From the NCBI GenBank assembly GCA_018715265.1, contig DVLX01000026.1:235-64234 (forward strand): 64,000 nucleotides of DNA. The letters run 5' to 3'. Below, one piece after another: positions 25,999 through 34,923 of the stretch. Numbering within the stretch: position 1 is the first letter of the stretch; the number at the start of each line of letters is the position of its first letter. This stretch comes from Candidatus Allocopromorpha excrementavium (GTDB lineage Bacteria > Bacillota > Clostridia > Peptostreptococcales > Anaerovoracaceae). The notes below the pieces were generated by a model that had not been told where the DNA came from, ran no database searches, and was given only the letters and a program-made list of their open reading frames with translations. The position numbers were made by a program, and so were the translations under genes.

Positions 25999-27984
25999 CT
26001 ATTCTGTCGTGCTGAGTATCTCCTCGTTCTTTTCCACCTGACTGACCTTCATCCTGGAAACATCTTCAGGATCGACATCATCCTTGAGAGCCAGTATGGT
26101 AGGTCCCAGATATACCGTGTCAAGGATCTTGCCGTCGAGAGATACTTTGCTGTATTCTGTAAAGTTCTGTCCTTTGATGTAGTATTTCTCTCCTATCTGA
26201 ACTATTTCTTCTATCCTGATATCTCTCACGCCCATTTTCATATCGGTCTTCTTGAACGGGTTCTTTTCTCCGTATATATATCTGTCTCCGTAGAGCATAT
26301 CATACGCAAGGACTTCAAGATTCTGAAGATAACTGTCGCTGTCGCTGTAATTCTGATTGCACTTCGTTATCATGCCGGCAGACATGCCGAGTCTGTCCAT
26401 AACTTCAGCATTTAGCCTGTATGTCTCTATATCCATATCCTCTTTCTCCATGCCGAAATTGTTCCATATAACATACTGCGTCTGATACATATTGCCGCTC
26501 TTCATCATATCTTCAGTCATATCCAGGGCAGGCAAATGGTCGCCGTACATTACCAGCACTATATCTTCATCGTAATTCTCAAGGGTGTCCGTAAGCTCCT
26601 TGATGAACAGATCCATCTCGTAGACCTGATTTGCATAATATTCATAGGTCCAGCGCTGTTCATCACTCTCAGCTTTGGTAACGCTTACCGCCGGATCTTC
26701 GATGACCTGTTCCGTAGGATATTTACCATGTCCCTGCACCGATATCGTATATATATAATCCGAGCTTTCGGTGCTGTCCATAGCCGCAAGTATCTGCTCT
26801 GTCAGAATATTGTCCTTCGCCCAGTTTTTCGGAGTCTTCATTACATTGTTCATGTACTCAAGGGATGTGAATGTATCAAATCCCATATTTGGGAAGACCT
26901 TGTTCCTGCCGTAAAATGCCCCCCTGTGGTTGTGTATGGCGTGAGTACCGTATCCCATGGTTTTGAAATCATAAGGCGCTGTTTCACACGTAGTTTCCTT
27001 TAAAACGCTCTTATACGGATATTCTCCAGGTCCGAAGAACTTGACGCTGAGTCCGGTCATCACTTCGAATTCGACATTTGCCGTACCTGCTCCCACTGCC
27101 GGCACCGTAAGAAATCCGGAGGAATAATCTTCCATCAGTTTCCTGAAATTCGGCATAGGATCTCTCGAATACTCTATGCCGTCCACTCTCGTCGGGTCTA
27201 TGAAAGATTCAAGCTGAAGGAATATAACGTTAGGTTTGTTCTCAACATCTGTATCATCATCCTCCACCGGCGTATATATATTATCCTTGCCAAGCTCTCC
27301 TCCGCTGAATATATTTTCTACTTTTTCCTTTGAATAGTCGGCAGGTCTGTCTACACCTGTATCCACCCACGTAACGAGAAAACAGTACGGCACTCCGTTA
27401 TCTCTGTAGGCATACGCGAGGTTTGCGAAAAAGGTGTCCAGCACTCCGGCCCTTACGCTGAGCTGTATGGCTCCGAAAGTTCCGAATCCTATGACAGCTA
27501 TGGTAATAATCACTTTCTTGTAATCTATCTTTTTCTTGTATTTAGGAGCCTTTCTGAAAAGCAATATCGCTCCGAAGACTAAAGCCGCTATACCTACGAT
27601 CGCAAGTATCAGCGTAAAAGTGGAAAAGTAGTTCGTTATTATACCAAGCCCATCTTCAAGATTGCTGAAATCCTTTACCGTGAACGGAGTCATTCTGTTA
27701 GCCAGTATCACGCCGTTTACTATGCCTACCGCCATCCACGTCATGCCGAATATGACCATCGCGAATATACGCCGCTTGAAAAGCAGCGACAAGGATATCA
27801 CGGCAAGTATCAGCAGAATATTGCAAAGGGATACTATCGGATTCATGAATATGAACTTAAGGCTCTCTATGAGAGAATGTCTCGCCAGTGTTTCTATGGC
27901 TATATCCATTCCGATAGCAACTACTATCAACAGCACCAGATAATTTTTAAGATATTTTCTATAAAAGGTTTTAAGCTTTTCCAT
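25999..27984 (-). CDS. LTA synthase family protein (polytopic N-terminus plus extracellular sulfatase-fold domain)
   Basis: Five N-terminal hydrophobic helices, then NVIFLQLESF ... GTANVEFEVMTG ... GDHLP sulfatase/LtaS motifs. The ATG at 27984 (AGGAG 9 nt upstream) is preferred over 28023. Confidence 0.8.
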   Translation of the reverse strand: MEKLKTFYRKYLKNYLVLLIVVAIGMDIAIETLARHSLIESLKFIFMNPIVSLCNILLILAVISLSLLFKRRIFAMVIFGMTWMAVGIVNGVILANRMTPFTVKDFSNLEDGLGIITNYFSTFTLILAIVGIAALVFGAILLFRKAPKYKKKIDYKKVIITIAVIGFGTFGAIQLSVRAGVLDTFFANLAYAYRDNGVPYCFLVTWVDTGVDRPADYSKEKVENIFSGGELGKDNIYTPVEDDDTDVENKPNVIFLQLESFIDPTRVDGIEYSRDPMPNFRKLMEDYSSGFLTVPAVGAGTANVEFEVMTGLSVKFFGPGEYPYKSVLKETTCETAPYDFKTMGYGTHAIHNHRGAFYGRNKVFPNMGFDTFTSLEYMNNVMKTPKNWAKDNILTEQILAAMDSTESSDYIYTISVQGHGKYPTEQVIEDPAVSVTKAESDEQRWTYEYYANQVYEMDLFIKELTDTLENYDEDIVLVMYGDHLPALDMTEDMMKSGNMYQTQYVIWNNFGMEKEDMDIETYRLNAEVMDRLGMSAGMITKCNQNYSDSDSYLQNLEVLAYDMLYGDRYIYGEKNPFKKTDMKMGVRDIRIEEIVQIGEKYYIKGQNFTEYSKVSLDGKILDTVYLGPTILALKDDVDPEDVSRMKVSQVEKNEEILSTTE

Positions 27985-28025
27985 ATGTCTTTTCTCCTGC
28001 CGAAAATCTTCCTGCTTCCGCATCC

Positions 28026-28907
28026 TTACGCATTTTCAGCTAATTCCGCCACCTTATTTGACAGCGATGCGAATTCTTCTATGCTGAGAGTCTCCGCCCT
28101 TCTCATCGGATCGATCCCCGAACCGGAGAGCACCTGTCCCACCTTTTCCTTTGAAAGTCCGCAAACTCCCGTAAGAGAATTGAGCAGAGTCTTTCTCCTC
28201 TGCCCGAAGCCTGATTTTATACATGCAAAAAACGCCTTTTCATCCGTCAGCGTCACCGGTTTTTCTTTTCTTATGCGCAAATTCAATACTGCCGAATCCA
28301 CCTTAGGCTTCGGCACAAACACCTCTTTCGGTACGGAAATCACCTGTTCAACTTCGCAGTAGTACTGCACCGCTACAGAAAGAGCCCCGTAGGTTTTCCC
28401 TCCGGGAGAAGCCTTTATCCTGTCGGCCACCTCTTTCTGCATCATGATAGTAATGCTCTCCGCTTCCGTCTTCTCCTCAAGGAGCTTCATTATTATAGCT
28501 GTAGTTATATAATAGGGCAGATTGCCTATTATCCTCACTTTTCCTGAAAATTCGCCCGCCTGTCTGCTCTTTTCGATTATGCCGTTTACATCGGTCTTTA
28601 AGATATCGCGGTTGATGATCTCAATATTATCGTGATCCGATAAGGTCTCAGACAATATCGGTATGAGCTTTTTGTCTATCTCAACAGCAATGACTTTACA
28701 TGCCGTTTCCGCCGCTGCCGCAGTAAGCACTCCTATTCCCGGGCCTATCTCTATGACAAGATCTTCCTCGCCTATTTCCGCACCTTCCACGATCTTCTCT
28801 ATTACGTTCTTGTCGGTTATGAAGTTCTGTCCCAGACTCTTAGATAGTCTGAAATCATGCCTCGATTTTATATCGGCAATAGTCGATGGCGCATACAACT
28901 TTTTCAT
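28026..28907 (-). CDS. rsmA: 16S rRNA (adenine1518/1519-N6)-dimethyltransferase
   Basis: LSKSLGQNFITD ... EIGPGIGVLT ... GNLPYYITT is the KsgA signature. Confidence 0.9.
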   Translation of the reverse strand: MKKLYAPSTIADIKSRHDFRLSKSLGQNFITDKNVIEKIVEGAEIGEEDLVIEIGPGIGVLTAAAAETACKVIAVEIDKKLIPILSETLSDHDNIEIINRDILKTDVNGIIEKSRQAGEFSGKVRIIGNLPYYITTAIIMKLLEEKTEAESITIMMQKEVADRIKASPGGKTYGALSVAVQYYCEVEQVISVPKEVFVPKPKVDSAVLNLRIRKEKPVTLTDEKAFFACIKSGFGQRRKTLLNSLTGVCGLSKEKVGQVLSGSGIDPMRRAETLSIEEFASLSNKVAELAENA

Positions 28908-29437
28908 ATTTCTTTGACCGCCCTTTCAAAAGCTTCTCTTTTCACTTCGAACTTATTGAGCTTCTGTAAAAAACCCCTGACATTGCCGTATCCTATTCCA
29001 AGGATTTTACCAAGCTCTCTTCTGCGTTCTGCCGAGCCTTCCATTCCTGCAAGACCTGCCCTCAGCATGTCCTCCATCGAAAACTCCTCCGCTGCATATA
29101 CAGCGGAACACTGAGCCTTTGACAGCGCCTGTCTTATGCTTTCAGCGGAAGCGTTCTCGATTCCTATATCCCCCTTTTTCAAAGCAGACTCTCTGTCCAG
29201 AAAAGCTTCCTTTGCGCCCGGAAACCTTTCCATTATGCGCTTCCTTATTTGCTCCCCTGCATGATCGGGGTCCGTGAATACTATTATCCCCGGACCTCTG
29301 TACGCTGTTTCTATTAAATTCCAAGTTCTATCATTTATACCATATCCATGTGTTTCTATTGTGATGGCATCCACACTTTTTTTGATCGCCGCCGTATCAT
29401 CGCGTCCTTCCACGACGATCACTTCCTTTATCTTCAC
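28904..29437 (-). CDS. rnmV: Ribonuclease M5 (Toprim)
   Basis: KEVIVVEGRDDTAAIK ... IVFTDPDHAGEQIR. It has a 4-nt overlap with rsmA. Confidence 0.85.
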   Translation of the reverse strand: MKIKEVIVVEGRDDTAAIKKSVDAITIETHGYGINDRTWNLIETAYRGPGIIVFTDPDHAGEQIRKRIMERFPGAKEAFLDRESALKKGDIGIENASAESIRQALSKAQCSAVYAAEEFSMEDMLRAGLAGMEGSAERRRELGKILGIGYGNVRGFLQKLNKFEVKREAFERAVKEI

Positions 29438-29916
29438 TGCTGATCCTCGCTTTCCGAAGAATTGCTGTTGTTTTCCTCAGTCATTTCCTCAGGAAACAAG
29501 TACAGCGTTTCTCCCGGCTTTATTAACCTCAGCTGATTTCTTGCCTGTTCTTCTATATTCTCCGTGTCATCCGTATCTTCCAGAGCTTTTTGCAGCTCTT
29601 CCTTCTGTTTTTCGAGCTGCTGCTGCTGCTGCATGACGTCATGCTGCTCTCTCTTCAATGAAACGATATTCATTACAAAAAGAAACAATACAAGAGCGAG
29701 GGCAACGATCACTATAGCCAAAGTAAGCCGTCTTCTCGCTCTGTTTCTTCTTATGGCCCGTTTTCCCCTCGTATTTCTTCTCTGCGCGCGGATCTCCTTT
29801 TCTTCTTTTTTCGCTTGCTCCGCCCTTCTTTTTTCCAGTCGCTGACGTCTGGCTTCCTCCATGTCGATGACACGGCTGTTGTTCTTGTATTCTGCGCTTC
29901 GTCTGTTCCTACCCAT
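29434..29916 (-). CDS. divIC: Septum formation initiator family protein (DivIC/FtsB-like)
   Basis: K/R-rich cytoplasmic tail, one TM helix, a coiled coil and a KPGETLYLFPE tail. An alternative start is the ATG at 29862. Confidence 0.65.
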   Translation of the reverse strand: MGRNRRSAEYKNNSRVIDMEEARRQRLEKRRAEQAKKEEKEIRAQRRNTRGKRAIRRNRARRRLTLAIVIVALALVLFLFVMNIVSLKREQHDVMQQQQQLEKQKEELQKALEDTDDTENIEEQARNQLRLIKPGETLYLFPEEMTEENNSNSSESEDQQ

Positions 29917-30206
29917 GCACTGATTATATCACAGCATATTTTTTTCCACAATAAAAGGCCTGCCAAAAATCCTGCTGCCCCGTGAAACGTCACTCTGCCA
30001 TAAGAACAGTAATACAGAAACATGGATATAACAAACGCTGCCGATATCCAAAACGCCGCATCATATACGGCTCTCACCCATCTTTTTTTATTTTTGCCCG
30101 CCGTATTCTTCAACAGTCTCAAACTCTCTGTGAACACTCCTGCCGCCGCCATGACCAGAGTCGTCTTTATCTGCTCCTCCATCAGATCCGTAAGGCCTAT
30201 CATCAC
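29751..30206 (-). CDS. yabQ: Spore cortex biosynthesis protein YabQ-like membrane protein
   Basis: Small hydrophobic protein directly after yabP, with a 4-nt overlap. Its 3' ~110-165 nt overlap divIC in another reading frame. Confidence 0.55.
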   Translation of the reverse strand: MMIGLTDLMEEQIKTTLVMAAAGVFTESLRLLKNTAGKNKKRWVRAVYDAAFWISAAFVISMFLYYCSYGRVTFHGAAGFLAGLLLWKKICCDIISAWVGTDEAQNTRTTAVSSTWRKPDVSDWKKEGRSKRKKKKRRSARREEIRGENGP

Positions 30207-30463
30207 TTCATTATCCTGGCGATGAATCCTTTGCCGCCTTTTTCTTTTACCTTGACATACATAAGCGAATTTATCCTTCCCGATATGACTGCCTTTCCTT
30301 CCTCCAGATCCAAAAGCTGTACGTTCAGGTCTTCTCCTTTTACGATCATACCTCCGCCTGTCAGAGTTGCCTTTATTTCATCTTCGTCAAAGCTTTCTAT
30401 TTCCTTTACATCTGTTATTGTCAGCTTTTTTCTATTGTCTATAGTGACACTGTGATTCTCCAT
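30203..30463 (-). CDS. yabP: Sporulation protein YabP
   Basis: MENHSVTIDNRKKLTITDVKEIESFDEDEI ... GEDLNVQLLDLEEG is typical of YabP. The ATG at 30463 follows GAGGAGG. The upstream part of the 214-aa track ORF is antisense to another gene and is rejected. Confidence 0.8.
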   Translation of the reverse strand: MENHSVTIDNRKKLTITDVKEIESFDEDEIKATLTGGGMIVKGEDLNVQLLDLEEGKAVISGRINSLMYVKVKEKGGKGFIARIMK

Positions 30464-30525
30464 GACGCTGCACCTCCTCTCGGTAGAATATATTCTCCCG
30501 GCGCGTTTCTTAGAACTCCAGGCGA

Positions 30526-30554
30526 TTGCAAATACTCCTGCAAATTGGTATACT
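30526..30554 (+). promoter_or_regulatory. Strong sigma-A-type promoter with extended -10, abutting the first ORF of the three-gene cluster
   Basis: TTGCAA (30526-30531), 17-nt spacer ending in TGG, TATACT (30549-30554). The ATG at 30561 is only 6 nt downstream of the -10 and has no Shine-Dalgarno sequence. Confidence 0.5.
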
Positions 30555-30560
30555 ACCGCT

Positions 30561-31076
30561 ATGAAGGACTTTAAACATCTGATAAAAAAACATATAAATA
30601 AAATATTTATCGCAGTACTGGCCGCAGCTTTTATCACAACCGCAGCTCTTACAGCGGTCCTTGGCGTAAATATATACAGCATCGCTTCTTCAGGAGATAT
30701 GACCTCTTCTCCCGACAGCGCCGTCTCATATATCACCGAAAAAGTCCGCGAATGTGAGGACAAGTCAAATTTGAGGACAGCAACTCTCGGAGGCTCGATC
30801 CCCGCCCTCGTCATATCCTCAGACACTGAAGAAAACAGTCGCGACACATGGATCTACGTATACGACGGATATCTGAAAGAGCTTACAGCAAAACGCGACG
30901 CAAATGTATCCGCCGCTTCAGGGAAAAATATCGCAGCTCTCCAGGGAGCCGATTTTTCTCTTGCTCCCGCATCTTCGGGAAATTCTCTGCTCCAGATAGA
31001 TATGACCGGCAGAGACGGCACTCCTCTCTCCTTTTGTATAAACCTCTACGGGAACGGGGGAACAGATCATGATTAG
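30561..31076 (+). CDS. Hypothetical membrane-anchored protein (single N-terminal TM)
   Basis: MKDFKHLIKKHINKIFIAVLAAAFITTAALTAVLGV anchor, with no motif I recognise. The start choice follows from the promoter position. Confidence 0.45.
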   Translation: MKDFKHLIKKHINKIFIAVLAAAFITTAALTAVLGVNIYSIASSGDMTSSPDSAVSYITEKVRECEDKSNLRTATLGGSIPALVISSDTEENSRDTWIYVYDGYLKELTAKRDANVSAASGKNIAALQGADFSLAPASSGNSLLQIDMTGRDGTPLSFCINLYGNGGTDHD

Positions 31077-31545
31077 CATCAAAAAACCATCGTTGTTAAA
31101 ACTTACATCGCATACGAAACTCCTTCTGATCATGGCCGCTGTATTCATCTTTACAGCAGGCGCAGTAACTGTCAGCGCCGTACTGTTTCTCCGTTCCGAC
31201 AGCATGGCCTCAGAAGCCGTTGTCATGGACAGGATGGCTCTTGAGACCAGCACTGCCGCAGAAGCGTTAAAGGCATCGGATGGAAATATGCAGACTGCCT
31301 CGCAGCTCCTCTCCGGCCACAGAGCCTTCGATATTTCAGAAGATTCTCTCGTGCTCTACTATGATGAGTCTTTTTCGCCCTCATCGAAGAACTCGAGCCG
31401 CTACCGCACCGTTATAGACAGGGAAGATCATGCAGGCTTTTTTTCGTACAATATAAATGTTTTTGACGATTCTTCAGAGCAGAAAGACACTGTTTACAAA
31501 CTTTCTTTCAAAGCTCTCGATACAGGAGGAAACTCAAATGAATGA
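31069..31545 (+). CDS. Hypothetical membrane-anchored protein (single N-terminal TM)
   Basis: The ATG overlaps the upstream stop by 8 nt (ATGATTAG). N-terminal hydrophobic helix LLLIMAAVFIFTAGAVTVSAVLF. No motif I recognise. Confidence 0.45.
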   Translation: MISIKKPSLLKLTSHTKLLLIMAAVFIFTAGAVTVSAVLFLRSDSMASEAVVMDRMALETSTAAEALKASDGNMQTASQLLSGHRAFDISEDSLVLYYDESFSPSSKNSSRYRTVIDREDHAGFFSYNINVFDDSSEQKDTVYKLSFKALDTGGNSNE

Positions 31546-32026
31546 GACAGAAAAAACGAAGAGCACAGAGCTCGGACATACTGAACACACCGGACACACC
31601 GAGCACACCGAGCGCATAAGTTTAAAGGCAATGAACAGGAAATCTTTTCTTCCGGCCTGCGCAGCAGTTCTGCTGCTCTCCCTGATCCTTCTCGTCCTCA
31701 CATCTTTTGCCGCGGTAACTTACGGCTCGGCAGAAGATAAACTGGCAGAGGGCAGAAAAGCGCTCTCGAAAACTTCCGAATACTACGCCGCCGAAACCAC
31801 GGCAACGGAAATAATATCACAGTTTTTCAGCGACAAAAATGAAAGCTCCGCCACACAAAACGGCATAGAAGATATCCGGATCGACCAGGGCAGCGTGGAA
31901 GTCACTAAGATCGACAGCCAGATCTATTTTTCTGTTCCCATCGATGAGGCAAGAGCCTTGTCTGTAGGCGCTGAAGTCACAAGGGATACGATAACCGTCA
32001 CCGAATGGTTCGTCGAAGAAATTTGA
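31538..32026 (+). CDS. Hypothetical membrane-anchored protein with an N-terminal His-Thr-Glu repeat
   Basis: The ATG follows AGGAGGA and overlaps the upstream stop by 8 nt (ATGAATGA). It contains GHTEHTGHTEHTE, then the TM helix ACAAVLLLSLILLVLTSFAAV. Confidence 0.5.
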   Translation: MNETEKTKSTELGHTEHTGHTEHTERISLKAMNRKSFLPACAAVLLLSLILLVLTSFAAVTYGSAEDKLAEGRKALSKTSEYYAAETTATEIISQFFSDKNESSATQNGIEDIRIDQGSVEVTKIDSQIYFSVPIDEARALSVGAEVTRDTITVTEWFVEEI

Positions 32027-32169
32027 GTTAAAAAAATCTGATATAAAAATCAACCCCGTATCCACGGAGTTTTTGTACGAAAAAACCTGCCAAAAGCAGA
32101 GCTTCTTCCCAGAGCCGGCAAAGCCCTGCGCTATTACTCCTTTTTGACAGGTTTCTTTATTTTCTTTTA

Positions 32170-34923
32170 TCAAGGCAGATAATTATACGGATTCTTAGGA
32201 ACACCGTTGATCCTTATCTCAAAGTGCAGATGCGGTCCCGTACTTCTTCCCGTGCTTCCCACTTCTGCTATATGCTGTCCCTGGAACACCTTATCACCTA
32301 CGTTTACAAGAAGTTTGCTGCAATGGGCGTATCTCGTTTCCTGTCCGTTCTGATGGTCTATTACAACGAGCAGCCCGTATGTGCCGCTGTAGCCTGCAGT
32401 AGTGACCGTTCCTCCGTCTGCCGCATATATGTTAGTTCCCTGAGAACATGCCAGATCGACGCCCTGATGGAAATCTCCCCATCTCGTCTCAAAGCCTGTA
32501 GTCCTCGTGAAACTATCCTTTAAAGGCCATGCGTATTTACCCGATCCAACAGTAGGCGGTCTCTCCTTTGTGCCGACGAGCACCACTTCCGTTACCGGCT
32601 CAGTCTTGACCGTAGTGACAAGATTCGTTTCATCTATGATCTCGCCGTTTACCGTAGTTATCCTCGAAGTCACTTCGCTGAGTCCGTCAGATCCCTTCTG
32701 CTGAGTCTCCGTGTAGCCTTCGTATATATCCGCCGAATCCTTCTCTTCGGTCTTATGCTCTATGACCTTGTCGTATGTGACTTTCTCCGTTATCTTTACA
32801 GTCACTATAGGTGCGTTCTGCTTTATTACTATACTGCTTCCCACATCCAGCTTCTTGGAGTCAATATTTTCATTATCCGCAAGTATATCTTCTTCCGTCG
32901 TGGAGTAGAGCTTGGCTACACTGCTTAAAGTATCCCCCGCCACGACCTTATGCACGGTCTCTTTCTTGCTGCTTGTGCAGAGCAGGTCAACCATCTCCTG
33001 CTCGGTCAGCATGTCCTGAAGGTCTGTATTGCTGTCTTTGACCTCCACATCCTCGATGAATACAGCTTCCTCTATCTCTGCGCCTTCCATGGACCCCGAA
33101 TACTTGTCTTTGATGTCCTGAAGCACCTGAGCGGCAGTTTTCTCATCTTTTACTGCTCCTACCTTTTCACCGTTTACGAAGATCCCTGTAGCTTTGATAT
33201 TCAGGTCGCCCATATATGTAAGTCGCTTGAGGACATCCTCCGACGTATCTATCTGCGTGGATTCATTGAGGGCATAAACTCTTTTGAAGCTTATGTCGTT
33301 TTTGGCGTCTATCACGACGTCCATGTTCTTCTCTTCAGTAAGGGCTCCCTGGACGAGATCCGTTATCCTGAGCACATCGTCCTGATCCTTTACTATACCC
33401 AGTACCTGACCATTGTAGGAGTATTCAAATGCAGTACAGTAATTTATCACTCCCGCAACACCCACTATGGACATTACTACTACGGAAAAGCCCATGAGAA
33501 GCACTTTCCTGTGTCTGTCGCAGTAACTTTTGAATACAGCCATTTTCTTGCCGAATTTGCTGTTTTCGTAATCGCGCTTTCTCTTTATGGAGAGGTATTC
33601 TGCTGTGGCTCTCGCCTGCTCACGCCTTTCCTCACGCTCTTCTTTCAGAGCGAGCCTTTCCTCTTCCGTCTCTGCCTTTCTCTCTTCTCTGCTTCTGAAT
33701 CCAAAGAAATCGCGCCACTTGAACGTAGGCTTTTTATTTACTTCTGTGGTGATCTTGAGACCCTGGACGTTTACTATGCCTCCGCCCATTTCCGCATCGG
33801 CCTTTTTCTCCGCCTTAAGTCTTTCAAGCTCAAGAGCAGCGCGCTTCTTTTCCAGTCTTACACGCTCTTTTTCCATAGCCTTGCGGGCTTTTTCAACGCG
33901 CTTCCTCTGTACCTTTGCTATCCTCTCAGCTCTTATACGTTCTTTTCTTGTCTGCTTTTCGGCGATACGCTTCTCCGCCTGTTCATTTTTGATCCTGAGA
34001 GCTTCTTCGGCTTTCGCCTTCTCGTATTCAGTCTTGAGCTGCTGCATTCGCAGTCTTTCTTTCTGCTCTTCTTTAAGCTTTCGCTGTATCTTCGCGATCT
34101 CCTCGGTCTTAGCCTTCTGGGACTCTGCCATCTTTCCGGTCTTCTCTCCGGCTATCTCCGATATTTTACCGAAAAGAGCTCCCTGTTTTTCCTTTTCTGA
34201 GAGGAGGCCTTCTTTTAAATCATCAAGGGCTTTGTGTCCGTCTCCCTCGGAAGCCTCTATGTTCTCAGTTTCATACACAGTCTGCTTCTTATCTGCGCGA
34301 ACATCCCTGCTGTTATCTTCGTATCCGAAAAATGCCGCCATCTCTTCAGGAGTTGCACTGTGCTGGCTCAGAGTTTCTTTTTCCTTCGCCCTTCTTCGCT
34401 CCGCTTCCATCAGCTCAAGAGCTTTCTTCCTTGCGACCTCTTTCGCTCTTTTTTCCGCTTCAAGGGCCTCGATACGCTTTCTTTCGGCTTCCTCACTTAT
34501 CCTCGCCGCTTTTTTCTGTGCTTCAAGGACTTTGAGTTCCTCCTGACGCATCCTTATCTGACGCTGTCTTTCTTCTTCCTGTCTTTCAAGCTCGCGTTTT
34601 TTATCTTCCTTTGCACGCTCTATTATCGCCTGCTTTGCCGCGATAACCTCTTCGCTCTCTTCCGCGACATCTGATTTTGCTGATTTTTTCCCATCTTGCG
34701 AGCTATCGAAAGGATTTTCTCTTTTAAGGCTTTCGAGACTTTTTCTGAGACCTATTATGCTCTCATACATCTCTCTGGCCTTTTCATCCTGCTTTAATAT
34801 ATCCTCTCTGCTGAAAGACTCTGCACCGATATCCTCCGATGGCTCAGAAGTATCCCGCATCTGAATATCAGCTTCCTCGTCACTTGCCCTTTCCTCGGTA
34901 TTCTGCTGTTGTTCAGGACTCAT
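32170..34923 (-). CDS. Giant M23 peptidoglycan metalloendopeptidase: charged coiled-coil N-terminus, TM, LysM, G5 and M23 domains
   Basis: C-terminal M23 motifs (HQGVDLA ... GSTGRSTGPHLHFEI). LysM (HKVVAGDTLSSVAKLY). G5-like segment (TETQQKGSDGLSEVTSRITTVNGE). TM helix near aa 500. About 470 aa of E/K/R-rich sequence precede it. The start at 34923 forms an ATGA overlap with the DnaD-like stop; the track start at 34986 is the alternative. Confidence 0.8.
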   Translation of the reverse strand: MSPEQQQNTEERASDEEADIQMRDTSEPSEDIGAESFSREDILKQDEKAREMYESIIGLRKSLESLKRENPFDSSQDGKKSAKSDVAEESEEVIAAKQAIIERAKEDKKRELERQEEERQRQIRMRQEELKVLEAQKKAARISEEAERKRIEALEAEKRAKEVARKKALELMEAERRRAKEKETLSQHSATPEEMAAFFGYEDNSRDVRADKKQTVYETENIEASEGDGHKALDDLKEGLLSEKEKQGALFGKISEIAGEKTGKMAESQKAKTEEIAKIQRKLKEEQKERLRMQQLKTEYEKAKAEEALRIKNEQAEKRIAEKQTRKERIRAERIAKVQRKRVEKARKAMEKERVRLEKKRAALELERLKAEKKADAEMGGGIVNVQGLKITTEVNKKPTFKWRDFFGFRSREERKAETEEERLALKEEREERREQARATAEYLSIKRKRDYENSKFGKKMAVFKSYCDRHRKVLLMGFSVVVMSIVGVAGVINYCTAFEYSYNGQVLGIVKDQDDVLRITDLVQGALTEEKNMDVVIDAKNDISFKRVYALNESTQIDTSEDVLKRLTYMGDLNIKATGIFVNGEKVGAVKDEKTAAQVLQDIKDKYSGSMEGAEIEEAVFIEDVEVKDSNTDLQDMLTEQEMVDLLCTSSKKETVHKVVAGDTLSSVAKLYSTTEEDILADNENIDSKKLDVGSSIVIKQNAPIVTVKITEKVTYDKVIEHKTEEKDSADIYEGYTETQQKGSDGLSEVTSRITTVNGEIIDETNLVTTVKTEPVTEVVLVGTKERPPTVGSGKYAWPLKDSFTRTTGFETRWGDFHQGVDLACSQGTNIYAADGGTVTTAGYSGTYGLLVVIDHQNGQETRYAHCSKLLVNVGDKVFQGQHIAEVGSTGRSTGPHLHFEIRINGVPKNPYNYLP

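Noticed and set aside
30464-30847. N-terminal 128-aa extension of the yabP ORF in the track (214 aa in total).
   Set aside because: YabP homologues are about 85-100 aa. A GGAGG-preceded ATG at 30463 gives the canonical length. The extension is antisense to the first small membrane-protein gene and to its promoter.
32950-34674. Several long plus-strand ORFs (416, 319 and 146 aa) opposite the M23 peptidase gene.
   Set aside because: They are artefacts of the GAA/AAG/AGA-rich coiled-coil coding region, whose complement (TTC/CTT/TCT) lacks stop codons. The translations are Ser/Leu/Phe low-complexity sequence.
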